A stretch of DNA of 64,000 bases from the human T2T-CHM13v2.0 reference genome, Homo sapiens: NCBI RefSeq assembly GCF_009914755.1, contig NC_060927.1. One strand, 5' to 3'. The notes beneath the pieces are model-generated. The model ran no database searches, was not told where the DNA came from, and was given only the letters and a program-made list of their open reading frames with translations. A program made the translations under genes and the position numbers. Positions 27,901 to 40,020 of this stretch are shown here, one piece after another; the stretch's first letter is position 1; each line of letters begins with the position of its first letter.

Positions 27901-28772
27901 GTGTCCTAGAGATTCTGGTACGTTTTGTCTTTGTTCTCATGGGTTTCAAAGAACGTATTTGTTTCTGCCTTAATTTTGTTATTTACCCAGTAGTCATTCA
28001 GGAGCAGGTTGCTCAGTTTTCATGTAGTTGTGTGGTTTTGAGTGGGATTTTTAATCCTGAGTTCTAATTTGATTGCACTGTGGTCTGAGAAAGTGTTTGT
28101 TTTGATTTCCCATCTTTTGCATTTGCTGAGGAGTGTTTTACTTCCAATTATGTGGTCAATTTTAGAATAAGTGCTATGTGGTGCAGAGAAGACTGTATAT
28201 TCTGTTGATCTGGGGTGGAGAGTTCTGCAGATGTCTATTGGGTCCACTTGGTCCAGAGCTGAGTTCAAGTCCTGAATATCCTTGTTAATTTTCTGTCTCA
28301 TTGTTCTAATATTGATAGTGAGGCTTTAAAGTCTCCCTCTATTATTGTGTGGGAGTCTAAGTCTCCTTGTAGGTCTCCAAGAACATGCTTTATGAATCTG
28401 GGTGCCCCTGCATTAGGTGCATGTATATTTAGGATAGTTAGCTCTTCTTGTTGCATTGATGGCTATACCATCAAGTAATGCCCTTCTTTGTCTTTTTTTG
28501 TTCTTTGTTGTTTTAAAGTCTGTTTCATCAGAGACTAGGACTGCAACCCCTGGTTTTTTTTTTTCTTTGCTTTCCATTTGCTTGGTAAGTCCTCCCCCAT
28601 CCCTTTATTTTGAGCCATTTGTTTCTTTGCATGTGAGATGGGTCTCTCGAATACAGCACACCGATGGGTCTTGACTGTTCATCCAGTTTGCCAGTCTGTG
28701 CCTTTTAATTGGGGCATTAAGCCCAATAACATTTAAGGTTAATATGGTTATGTGTGAATTTGATCCTGTCAT
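24957..28772 (-). pseudogene. Disrupted L1 ORF2 (endonuclease / reverse transcriptase)
   Basis: Fragments [15 protein letters not shown]...[13 protein letters not shown] (RT core), [26 protein letters not shown]...SDHSAI (EN), split by stops and frameshifts. Confidence 0.9.
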
Positions 28773-28839
28773 TATGATGCCAGCTGGTTATTTTGCCCAT
28801 TAGTTGATGCAGTTTCTTCATAGTGTCAATGGTCTTTAC

Positions 28840-29837
28840 ATTTTGGTTTGTTTTTGCAGTGGCTGGTACCAGTTTTTCTTTTCCATATTTAGTGCTTCCT
28901 TCAGCAGTCTTGTAAGGCAGGCCTGGTGGTGACAAAATCCCTCAGCGTTTGCTTGTCTGTAAAGGATTTTATTTCTCCTTCACTTATGAAGCTTAGTTTT
29001 GGGCTGGATATGAAATTCTGGGTTGAAAATTCTTTTCTTTAAGAATGTCGAATATTGGCCCCCACTCTCTTCTGGCTTGTAGGGTTTCTGCAGAGAGATC
29101 TGCTGTTAGTCTGATGGGCTTCCCTTTGTGGGTAACTCAACCTTTCTCTCTGGCTGCCCTTAACATTTTCTTCTTCATTTCAACCTTGGTGAATCTGATG
29201 ATTATGTGTCTTGGGGTTGCTCTTCTCAATGAGTATCTTAGTGGTGTTCTCTGTATTTCCTGAATTTGAATGTTGGCCTGTCTTGCTTGGTTGGGGAAGT
29301 TCTGCTCGATAATATCCCGAAGTGTGTTTTCTAACTCGGTTCCATTGTCCCCATTACTTTTAGGTACACCATTCAAATGTAGGTTTGGTCTTTTCACACA
29401 GTCCCATATTTATGGGAGGTTTTGTTTGTTCCTTTTCATTCTTCTTCCTCTAATCTTGTCTTCACACTTTATTTCATTAAATTGATCTTCAATCTCTGAT
29501 ATCCTTTCTTCCACTTGATCAATTCAGCTATTGATACTTGTGTATGCTTCACAAAGTTCTCGTGCTGTGTTTTTCAGCTTCATCAGGTCTTTTATGTTCT
29601 TCACTAAACTGGTTATTCTAGTTAACAATTCCTCTAACCTTTTATCAGGTTCTTAGCTTCCTTGCATTGGGTTAGAACATGCTTCTTTAGCTCAGAGGAG
29701 TTTGTTATTACCCACCTTCTGAAGCGTACTTCTGTGAACTCTTTAAACTCACTCTTTGTCCAGTTTTGTTCCCTTGCTGTTGAGGAGTTGTGATCCTTTG
29801 GAGGAGAAGAGGCATTCTGGTTTTTGGAATTTTCAGC
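28840..29837 (-). pseudogene. Disrupted L1 ORF1, start codon deleted
   Basis: KRPNLHLNGVPK...QIQEIQRTPLRYSLRRATPRHIIIRFTKVEMK; deletion junction at ~29837. Confidence 0.85.
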
Positions 29838-30249
29838 CTATGGGGTGTCTGTCAACCCCTGCTGGGAAGTGTCTCCCAGTCAGGAGGCATGGGAGTCAGG
29901 GACCCACTTGAGGAGGCAATCTGTCCCTTAGCAGAACTCAAGGGCTGTGCTGGGAGATCCACTGCTCTCTTCAGAGCCAGAAGGCAGCAACATTTAAGTC
30001 TGCTGAAGCTGTACCCACAGCCGCCCCTTCCCTCATGTGCTCTGTCCCAGGGAGACCAGAGTTTTATCTATAAGCCCCTGACTGGGGTTGCTCCCTCTCT
30101 TTCAGAGATGCCTGCCCAGAGAGGAGGAATTTAGAGAGGCAGTCTGGCTACAAGGGCTTTGTGGTGCTGTGGTGGGCTCCACCCTGTCAAAACTTCCTGG
30201 TTGCTTTGTTTACACTGTGAGGGGAAGACCACCTACTCAGGCCTCAGTA

Positions 30250-30468
30250 ATGGCAGACACCCCTCCCTCCACCAAGCTCCAGCTTCCCAGGTTCACTTCA
30301 GACAGCTGTGCTGGCAGTGAGAATTTCAAGCCAGTGGATCTTAGCTTGCTGGGCTCCGTGGGAGTGGGATCCGCTGAGCAAGACCACTTGGCTCCCTGGC
30401 TTCAGCCCCCTTTCCAGGGAAGTGAAAAGTTCTGTCTCACTGGGGTTCCAGGCACCAATGCGGTATGA
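30250..30468 (+). other. ORF0-like antisense open frame in the L1 5'UTR (72 aa)
   Basis: gtaATGG Kozak context; MADTPP...SDSCAGS...GSVGVGSAE aligns by eye with primate L1 ORF0 (MAGAPPP...SDCCAS...DSVGVGPSE); expression unknown. Confidence 0.55.
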
Positions 30469-30609
30469 AAAAAAAACTCATGCAGCTAGCTCAGTGTCTG
30501 ACTCAAGGACCACCTAGTTGTGTGCTTTAAACTCAGGGCCCCTGTGGTGTAGGCACCCGAGGGAATCTGCTAGTTAGTGGGTTGTGAAGACTGTTAGAAA
30601 AGCGTTGTA

Positions 30610-30921
30610 GCCAGGCACAGTGGCTCAAGCCTGTAATCTCAGCACTTTCAGAGGCAGAGGCAGGCAGATCACGAGATCAGGAGATCGAGACCATCCTGGC
30701 TAACATGGTGAAACCCTGTCTCTACTAAAAATACAAAAAAAAAAATTAGCCAGGTGTGGTGGCGGGCACCTCTAGTCCCAGCTACTGGGGAGGCTGAGGC
30801 AAGAGAACAGTATGAACCTGGGAGGCAGAGCTTGCAGTAAGCCAAGATCTCACCACTGCACTCCAGCCTGGGTGACAGAGCGAAACTCGTCTCAAAAAAA
30901 AAAAAAAAGAAAGAAAGAAAA
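30610..30921 (+). mobile_element. AluY nested in the L1 5'UTR, CpG-decayed
   Basis: atcctggctaac, gagcttgcag; TSD agaaaagcRtWgta (30596-30609 and 30922-30935). Confidence 0.9.
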
Positions 30922-31596
30922 AGAAAAGCATAGTATCTGGGTCGGGTAGCACTGTCCCTCACAGCAGGGTCCTTCCTGGCTTCCCTTGGCTAGGGGAGGG
31001 AGTTCTCTGACCCCTTGGGCTTCCTGGGTGAGGCAACACACCACCCTGCTTCTGCTGGCCCTCCATGGGCTGCACCCACTGTCTTACCAGTCCCAATGAG
31101 ATGAACCAGGTATCTCAGTTGGAAATGCAGAAATCACATGCCTTCTGCTTTGGTCTCTCTAGGAGCTGCAGACTGGAGCTGTTCCTATTCAGCCATCTTG
31201 CCTGGGAATCATTAAAAGCATTTATTATAAGTTCATGAATCAATTGATACTCTTAGGGAACATTTAATAAGATTTATTGCCTTATAAAATTTATTACCTT
31301 ATAAAAGCTAAACAACTGAGATTATAATTATTAGCAGTTGCATAATTACATTTCTGGTAATTCTAGAAATGACCAAAGATAAGAAATGTTGATAACTTTC
31401 TACATTTTATATAGAAATTGATGACTTTAAAATGTTATTTTAAACATATTCATAACTTCAAAGTACACGTATTTATTTTTTTAAGTTGAAAGGTATAAAA
31501 AATCTGTGATCTAAAAATATAAGTCCTTCATAATAGCAATAGGGCAGAGGAACCAAAAGCGCAATTAACTAGGAAATGTTAAGATCTGGAGAGTTT

Positions 31597-31750
31597 GCAT
31601 GGTGGCACGCACCTGTAATCTCAGTTACTTGGGAGGCTAAGGCACGAGAATCACTTGAACCTGGGAGGCAAAGGTTGCAGTGAGCCTAGATTGTGCCACT
31701 GCACTCCAGCCTGAGTGACAGAGTGAAACTTGGTCTCAAAATAAATGAAT
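31597..31750 (+). mobile_element. 5'-truncated Alu (right monomer)
   Basis: Right arm only, flanked by degenerate TSD aagatctggagagttt / aaaatttggagaattt. Confidence 0.85.
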
Positions 31751-31789
31751 AAAATTTGGAGAATTTGAAATGCCATGTTGCCTAAGCAA

Positions 31790-32110
31790 TCCATAGTTTC
31801 CTGGCATAGACGGCAGAAGGTTCCTTTTTACAATATGTCCTCTGAGTGTTTTGTGAGCTGGTCTCAGTCCACTCCTGCTCCTCCCTTCTGTACTCTAGCC
31901 CATCTGGCTCCAGGAACATAATGAGCTGCATCCTCTATTGAAGGCTGCATCCTCTATTGAAGGCTTCTCTCTTCCCTACACGCCCTTCTTCTTCTCTTTT
32001 CCAACTGCTACTAGGAGGTACACGAATGTCACTTTCTCCATGAAAGCTTCTCCAGTATCTCCTCTTATCCTTGCTAGCCTGATCTTTCACTTTATTTACT
32101 CCTATCTAAT
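31790..32110 (+). mobile_element. L2 fragment
   Basis: ctgtactctagcccatctggc...aatgtcactttctccatgaaagcttctcc. Confidence 0.45.
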
Positions 32111-32184
32111 ATCTTCCCATTCCTATTCCCTCTTCCTGGTAACCCATTCCTCATTTATTTGAGAGATGTAATATGATACAAAAA

Positions 32185-32565
32185 CCAAAGCCACATGAGT
32201 TGCCTTGGCCAATAGGACATTAGTAAACGTGACACAAGCAGAAGTTCAAAAAGCACTTGCCTACTTGTCCCCTCTTGCTGGTGGACACTCTTCTACTACC
32301 TCTATTTCTGGTTGACCTGCACAGAATGAATGGCCACATCAATCAGAAATACACCATCCTAGCTAATGGCCCTCATATCAACCACCCTCTAGCCTTCTAG
32401 CTAACTGCAGCCACATGCGTAACTTCAGGAGAGACAAGCAGAAGACCATTCCCACTGAATAGTTCCAATTTGCTGATTTATAGAACCACAAGCAAATCAA
32501 ATGATTATTGTTTAAGCTACTCAGTTTTGAAGTACTTTTTATGATGCTGCAATAGATGACTATCA
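32185..32565 (+). mobile_element. MaLR LTR, MLT1H/I-like
   Basis: ttggccaataggacattagtaaacgtgacacaagcaga...tgtttaagctactcagttttg...gcaatagatgact. Confidence 0.7.
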
Positions 32566-32837
32566 CTATTAGCTGCATAATTTCTCAGACTTGTTTTCTT
32601 TTGTATAAAATGAAGAATCTCAACCCCTGTTGATTTGGTCCAAATGACATAGTGTACAATATCCTAACCCTGGAGGTACAGCACCTAGATGAACACAATC
32701 TGGATTTATCCTTGGCTCCATCATGCACTAACTGGGTTTCCTCTTTCTGATTTCCTTAAAATATCAATATATTTTACAATCTATGCATATCCATTTTCTC
32801 ATGTGTAAAAATGTATAAAATAAATAAAATGTGCCCG

Positions 32838-33300
32838 TGTACCAGTTCGGATTCTTCTGCTGCAAATCCCAGAAAACCTGGTTTAAATTTGCTTAAAGAA
32901 ACTAGGACTATGACTCAGTTAAATAGGAATATGACTCAGTTAAATGGAAATATGGCTCCCTTCTGGATTCTGGAGTTTAAACATCATTAGAATGTTGTCT
33001 CTCTCAATCTATCAACTACTCTCCTACACGCTAGTATCATTGTCAGTCTCCACCAGGTGTCAAGATGACTGCCGGCACTTCTGTATCTAGAACATTTCAG
33101 GTCATTCAGTGAAAAAGGAAAGACTCTCAGCAACATCTACACAATTTTATTGTTTGATTATGTTGTGTGCCTATCACATGGCCAGAAGTAACAGAGTTTT
33201 GGTTGTCTAAACCTGAGTTATTTTCTTAATCTTGGACCTCAGGTTAGGACTTAACCACTGAAGGCAGAGAGGCTAGTGGTGGGGGACAGGGTTATTATCC
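32838..33300 (-). mobile_element. Old MaLR LTR, MLT1K/L-like
   Basis: tgtaccagttcggattctt...tgcaaat...agaaaacc...caagatgactgccggcacttc. Confidence 0.5.
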
Positions 33301-33449
33301 AGAGGAATATCAAAGTATCATTACATGGAGAAGGCTGATATAAACAATGAATACCCCTGCCATTTATCTCATAGAGAATAGTTGAACTAAACACACATGT
33401 GCATGCACTCATGAATGTGTGCATGTGCATGCACACACATACACACACA

Positions 33450-33645
33450 GTGTATAACTGGTGAAACAAGGTTGAATATGGTCAGGGGATTGTATCAATG
33501 TTAACTTCCTGATTTGATATTGCACTGTATTTATAGAAGATAGTAGCACTGGGAGGACTGGGTAAAGCATATACAGAGTTTCTCTGTATTATTTCTTACA
33601 ACTACATGTAAATCTACAATTATCTCAAAATTAAAAATTAAAAAA
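33450..33645 (+). mobile_element. L1MD/L1MC 3' end
   Basis: ctctgtattatttcttacaactacatgtaaatctacaattatctcaaaattaaaa. Confidence 0.75.
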
Positions 33646-33795
33646 GCACTGAGTAAGGTATCTGACACATAGTTAATCATTATTTGAATTCTAAAGTAAC
33701 TAACACCTTTCTTTGAAAACACAAACTTACTTTTAATCTCCTCTAAGCATCCTGGTTTCCCCAGTAGGAACTGATTTTTCTTTTCTCTAGGACTC

Positions 33796-34189
33796 CGATA
33801 TACTTTGAATGTTTGCCTTTCCAAATCTCATACTGAAGTGTGATTCCCAATGTTGAAGGCAGAGCCTGGTGGGAAGTATTCGGGCCATGTGGACGATCCC
33901 TAATGAGTGGCTTGGTGCCCACCCTGTGGTAATGAGTTAATGCGAGATCCAGTTCTTAGAGACTGGGACCTCCCCCTGACGCTTGCTCCTTCTCTCACCA
34001 TGTGACATGCCTGCTCCCCCTTCTTCGTCCACCATGAGCAAAAGCTCCATGGGGACTTACAAGAAGCCTAGCAGATGCTGATGCCATTCTTGTACAGCCT
34101 GCAGAACCATGAGCTAAATAAACATATTTTCTTTGTAAATTACCCAACCTCATATATTCCTTTATAGCAATGCAAAACAGACTAATACA
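33796..34189 (+). mobile_element. MaLR solo LTR, MSTB
   Basis: ccaaatctcat...gtacagcctgcagaaccatgagc...agactaataca; 5-bp TSD gactc (33791-33795 and 34190-34194). Confidence 0.88.
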
Positions 34190-35705
34190 GACTCTATTTC
34201 AAGGAATGTCACTATCACACTGATCAGGAACAGCTGGGTATCAGAGTTCCTCATTTAGGTCTAGGTCTCAATACATCATGAAGACCTGAAAGGCAAGGGG
34301 CATCTTATTTTTATTTATTCGTGCTTTCATTCATTCATTTATTCACTTGTATTTTGTATCTATCCATATCACTCAGACTTTTCCCATATTAGACTTTCAG
34401 TAGTAGAATGTTAAGGTTTGATATTCACGTGAGCACCTATTTGTCATGATTTTAGTGATTGTCAAAGCATGTTTACATTAGACATGTTTCTTAATTTTAC
34501 TTATATCAGAACTATTGCATATTGGCTAATATTTTTCTAAATTGAATTGTCTTTGGGAGTTTTCTTATCTGTGTTGAAAGAGACTCTGAAGATAGGAGAT
34601 AGGTACTAAGAAAGGGTTTTATTTTACAGGTGCCTGGGGATCCGAGATTAGCTCTTGAATGATCATCACAGCAGAGCTTCAATTCTCTTTTTATTTAGGT
34701 GTTGTGGGTTTCTGTCATAGAGATTTTAAGTAGAAAGGAGTTCATGATCTCCTCTAAGGAGTTTGTGATTCAAAGGAATTTTTGCAAGTGATGGGGAAAA
34801 AAAAAGCCAAGTGAGTTTTTTAATAGAGGATTACTCTCCCAGAAGTCGACTATAATTCTCATATCTATAGGTTCCTTGCCCATGGCTGAGTGAACAGATA
34901 ATAGCCTGTTTAGAAACGTTTGCCTTTGTTCAGTGAAGGGCATTCTGTCCTCCCACTATTCAGCCTTTTTTTAGTTCATCACGCCCACCAAATAAGAGTG
35001 ATGCCAAGTCCACAAATAGAAAGCAAGACCATTAACATATCAAGCACTTCCAAGATCAAAATACTGCATACAGCATGTGTGTTTTAATGAAAATCTAGAA
35101 GCAGAGGCAGCTGAAGTCCGCATTGTGTGAGTTTCCAAGATAAAAGTGTAATTTCAAAGAGAATAGAAACTTTTAACACTCAAAGTAAAAATTGCTTCTT
35201 ACATTTAGTGCCAATTAGTTTTCCATGTTACAGTATATATCATTGCCAAACTACTTTTCCTCCTGAATTTCCTTTTGCCTAGGGGAATCTACCTGCTATG
35301 GCCTGGCTCCTGCTATAAACTGTCTTGGAAGTTGGTCATTTCATTTATTTGGAACCCATTCCTCTTGGTGACTGGTGTTTATGATGGCCTTATCTGTTAC
35401 CCTTTGGTTTTGCATTTCTTTGGTTGATGGCTTTGAAGCTAATGTTATTGACCATCGTGCTACCACAGCTCATCATCCTGGGAAAAATGAGGTTACTGAC
35501 TTCATTTCCTTTTGTCCAGCATATGCTTTGATGAGCTCATATATTTCTTCCCCTTTCTTTAGTGTTTCCTTTTTCTGCTCACCTTCCTGACACCTTTCAT
35601 AGAGATGAAGGGAAATACAATCTCAAACACAAAGGGTTAGGGGATTACAAAAGAAAGGGAAAATTTTAAGGCTTGAGAGTTTCATCATATGTCCAAGCAA
35701 AGAAC

Positions 35706-36137
35706 TGCATTAGTTTTCTATTGCTGTGTAAAAAATTTCTATAAACTTAGCACTTTAAATCAAGATGCATGTATTATTGCACAGTTTCCCTGAGTAAAGG
35801 GTTCAGGCGTGACTTAACTGGATCCTCTACTCAGGGTCTCAGAGAACTTAAATCAAGATGTGGGCCTGGGGTCCCTCTCAGCTGAGGATCAGGATCCTCT
35901 GCAAAGCTCACTCAGGAAATTGGCAGAAATCAGTTCCATGTGGGTTTAAGGCTGAGGACCTCAGCTCAGGCCCAGCCAGTACCATCTCCCTTTTGATTAA
36001 TTCAGATTCAGTTGATCAGTAGCCTAACCACAGGAATGCTATCTCATCATATTTCCAGGTTTCACCCACTGTTATGGGAAGGGAGTTTTGCAAGGGCGTA
36101 GGTCATCCAGGATCATCTTGGAATTCCACCTACCACA
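35706..36137 (-). mobile_element. MaLR LTR, MLT1E/F-like
   Basis: tgcattagttttctattgctg...ggatcatcttggaattccacctaccaca. Confidence 0.75.
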
Positions 36138-37189
36138 GGGGAAACACCTGTCTTGTTCATTACTCCCTAGTTTTCAGAACTGTAAGTGGCACATAGCATG
36201 CAAACAATAAAAATTTACTGAAAAATTAATCACTCTCCTCATTTTCTGAATTACCACAATAATTAAAATTTCAAGTCCATTGTTACTGATTACTTGACTT
36301 ACAGATGAATCATTCCACTGACAAGTCTTCCAGTTTCTGATGGTGGCTTAGTATAAATATTTGATGCTCTAACACAGAGCAGCTTAAACTAGTTGATGTC
36401 TGAAATGATTGGTTAGTACATTTTTTAGATTCTTTTCTTTTTAAAGAGAGAAAGCCATGGTTACTTTTCATTCTCTAAAACTAGCACCCATCTTCGAGTG
36501 CAGATTTAGCTGTTGAACCACTAGAGAAATAGGCATGATTTTATATGCTCAATTCTCTAGTTTTTACATGTTTGCATGCTGGCTGCTGATAGGTACACCA
36601 TGTTTTTGAAAGCTGCCTCAGTATCTCCTCGTGCTTCCTTCTTTCTTAAGGCTGATAGCTCAGCATGTAGGGACTAGTTTCTGCTTTTATAAATTACAGA
36701 AGGAGTCATGTCCTGAGCTCTATTTCAGGATTTTCATAGTGCTGTGAGGTATGGACTTGATTTTACAAGAATAGCTAAGGAGAAAGATCAAATTGGGAAA
36801 CAGATAATTCTTTTAGTGAGAGGTGCTTAGGGGACACATGAATACATACATATTTTTTCATATTCAAATATATATTTTATACACGATATATATAGTTTAC
36901 ATTATATATATTCAATATGAATATATTTCATATTTCCATATATTTTCATAGAGATAATTTATATACATGTGTGAGTGCATTTGTTAGTGTGTTGCACAAT
37001 TCAGTAGAAGTATGAGTCTCCCAAAATATTTAAGAATTAAGTTAGAACCTAGAAATAAATCGTTTACTGAGGCTTTTAATATAAATATAGACAATTTGGG
37101 TAATGCCAGGCCACCTGACTGAAGGAAGAGTTCTCATGCCTTTAGAGACCTTTATCAACTTTTTCAGGCCAGATTGACATCTTTCTGGA

Positions 37190-37790
37190 GGCAGTTGCAG
37201 TGTGTACAATTAGAAACCCCCTGAGCCACCAAATTACATTATCTTGGTAAATCACTTAGCCTCCTAAAACCTGAGATTCCCCATCTGTGAAACAGGAGAC
37301 AGTAATAGCATTACAGTCATGCATCACTTAATGAAGGGGATGTACGCTGAGAAAAGCATCATTAGGTGACTTCCTTGTCATGCAAGCATCACAGAGTGTC
37401 CTTACACAAACCTAGATCGTGTAGCCTAGTCTGCACCTGCACTATAGTGTATGGCCTATTGCTTCTAGCATACAAACTTGCACAGCAAGTGACTGTACTG
37501 AATATGGCAGGCAGTTCTAAGACTGTGGCATTTGTGTTTTTAAACACAGAAAAGGTGCCGTAAAAACATTGCACTATAATCTTATGAGACCACCATTGTA
37601 TATGCGGTTGGTCACTGGCTGAAATGTCATTATGGGGCACTTGACTATACTTCCTTAAGAAGGTAGTTGTAAGAATTAAGTTAGAGCACAAGTGTATGTT
37701 AAGTGCTTAGAGCTTAAGCTCTTTAAGCTTGAGATTCCCACTTCTAGCTCAAGGTGAGTCATCAAATAAGTGTTTGTAATTACTTATTGT
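37190..37790 (+). mobile_element. MIR split by Tigger3a
   Basis: aaatcacttagcctcc...ccccatctgtgaaacagg before the insertion; gtagttgtaagaattaagttagag...aagtgcttag after it. Confidence 0.6.
37314..37647 (-). mobile_element. Tigger3a (TcMar-Tigger MITE)
   Basis: TA + cagtcatgcatcacttaa...cacaaacctagat...tatggggcacttgacta + TA. Confidence 0.85.
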
Positions 37791-38209
37791 TGTTAGGATA
37801 GAAGCACTTTGTAAGTTAAAAATCTCTTTACAAATATATGGGTATATTCCTAATATAGTAAAGAAAAAGAACATTACAAAAAATAACAACCCATCTGATT
37901 TATTTGATTTTAACATGTTCTATTTAGAGCATCTAACAAAGACTGAGTGGATTCAAGCTCTGCACTGCATCTCACATATACTCATATCCTGCCATCTGCA
38001 TTACCAAGCCCTAGTCCAGCCACCAGTGTTTCTTGTTTTAGGAATAACATTCAAAGGAGCTCAACAAAGCATATCAGGAATGCAAAATTGGGCCCCAGCT
38101 CACTAAAATGGCCTGAGGCTGTTTTAGATCTTCAAATGGCCAGAATCTTTCTATCTTTCTTGTCACATGGTGGTACCTCTACTGCCTGACTGCTGGCCTG
38201 AAAAATCTT

Positions 38210-38262
38210 TCTCTCTCTCTCTCTCTCCACACACACACACGCACACGCACATGCACACACAC
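38210..38262. repeat. Compound (CT)n(CA)n microsatellite
   Basis: Seen directly. Confidence 0.9.
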
Positions 38263-39349
38263 AGCACCTATTTTTCTGGTTACCTATTTCTCATTCTTTG
38301 AGAAGACTTCTCTGATGGTTCCTCATCCCCCAATACCTCAGGTCCCCCTTAAATATAACCTCGTAGCACGCAGTGCTTCCATTTTTTATCACATTTATAA
38401 TTTTACTCAAAAACTTAATTGTACATCCATCCTCTTTAAACCACCACCACCTTTTCCACAATCTCTGCTGGAGCTTTCCAAAGAATGACATTAAATGACT
38501 CACATTTGCAACATGGCTTTACTTCTTTTCTTTTCTTCCCAGCTGATTGATTTAGAGCAGCTCTGTTAATCAAACATCTTTAAACCTCAATTATAGCTAT
38601 TCCCAAGTTCCCAGAAAATAAGGAGTTTTTTGTTTTTGTTTTTTCACACATTAGGTGCTTAAAGATGTATTGAAATAATGAATAAATGAAAACAAATCAG
38701 AATCAATTCAATGATGGCTTCATGAACTCCAGATTAAAATGAAATATTTGCCACTATAGTCCCCAAGTTCTTTGCAGCCTTATTAATTGACAAGTACTCA
38801 TTTACATGTGTTTCAAATAGTAGAACAGAAAAGAAAAAGGAAAAGTCTCTTAGAATCTTTGATCTCTAAATTGTTTACCAGTTCAAGGAAGAGTCATGAG
38901 AAGATTTCAAAGATCAGCAGTCATTTCATAATAAAGATTCAATTTTAACTTCAAAGAGTGAAAGTCAAGAATGCAAAAATCTCCAAGCCCCCTTCTAGTA
39001 ATAATTTTTTTCTAGATTATATTAAAAATCTGGCTATGTTTCACAGACTGGAGATGACACCTTCAAAACTGGTGGTGGCTTTCTCAGGCCAGTCAACAAA
39101 GAAACACTTTAACATTTTCTTTTAACTTGTTTGCTTCCCTACAAAATATAACAAAACAGAGTGAAAACTGAATTTCTTAAATAATCCTGAGAATTTCAGC
39201 CTACATTAATCTGAAAACTAGATGGAGAGTTACAAAATCAGGAACTTGCTAAAGCATTTTATAATACAAAATTATCAACCTACAAATATTTTATTCACCA
39301 TTCATGGTTCAAACTTGAACATAAGTAAGCACTAGCATAGTTATTTACT

Positions 39350-39500
39350 ATCTCTATAGTTTCATTATGTGAAGTAAGAATAATAGTAGCATCTACCTCA
39401 TAGGATTTGTAATGAGAAATTGATAAGTTATTAGCAAAATTAAATAATTTTGACAAGTATCTAGCACATAGCAAGCCTTTACTTAATGTTAGCATCAAAC
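39350..39500 (+). mobile_element. MIR 3' half
   Basis: aataatagtagcatctacctcataggatttgtaatgagaaatt...tctagcacatagcaag. Confidence 0.65.
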
Positions 39501-39759
39501 TGGAGTTCTAAAAGCTAGAGGTCTATAGTTCAGGATCTGGGAGTATGTATTCCAATAGGAGTTGTTAATACTTTCTTTTCTAAAATTTCATGTGCAGCAG
39601 TTTCATTCAAACTGCTGATTGTGTTAGCATATGTTTTATTAGTAATCATGTGACCATATCCTATGAAAGTTAAATTATAAGTGAAATCAGACACTTTAAA
39701 TCTATGACCCTTCTGCCAATCTCAGCTGGAACTCTCTGAGGCAGGTGGGCTTTGCAGAA

Positions 39760-40020
39760 TCAGAGGTAGCATGGTCCAGCACTTAGAGGCACTGCCCCTA
39801 AACCTGTGCTCCCTGTGTTTTATCTACTACCTATTTGACATTGAACAAGTCATTTAGCTTATCTGCATTTCAGGTTTCCTCTTTTAAAAATTAGATTTAA
39901 AATAATAGTAATATCATCTACCACTTAAAATTAATATGAAGATTCAATGAGTCTGACATTCGTAAACATTTGAACAGCACTTCATATTTATGTGCTATAT
40001 TAAGTGTTTTTTAATAATAA
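39760..40020 (+). mobile_element. MIR
   Basis: gaggtagcatgg...tgacattgaacaagtcatttagctt...gtttcctc...gaagattcaatgag. Confidence 0.65.

Larger units (their letters stand above)
24758..31211 (-). mobile_element. Near full-length L1PA7 (~6.1 kb plus inserted AluY), defective
   Basis: 3'UTR ttctgagatacatatgcagaac through to the 5' end gccatcttgcctgggaatc; TSD ttaaaagYatttatt (24743-24757 and 31212-31226); ORF1 and ORF2 fragments in the ORF track. Confidence 0.95.

Noticed and set aside
24957-28772. Reverse transcriptase and endonuclease ORFs as a possibly active or novel RT system
   Set aside because: Ordinary L1 ORF2 broken into many pieces, with the ORF1 start deleted; not retrotransposition-competent.
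35375-35590. 71-aa ORF with a signal-peptide-like N-terminus, and a protein-like opposite strand
   Set aside because: No promoter, splice context or recognisable homologue; the opposite frame has tandem stops; hydrophobic frames are expected in T-rich DNA.
36840-36970. TA-rich quasi-palindromic stretch
   Set aside because: Low-complexity decayed (TA)n; the pairing is trivial.
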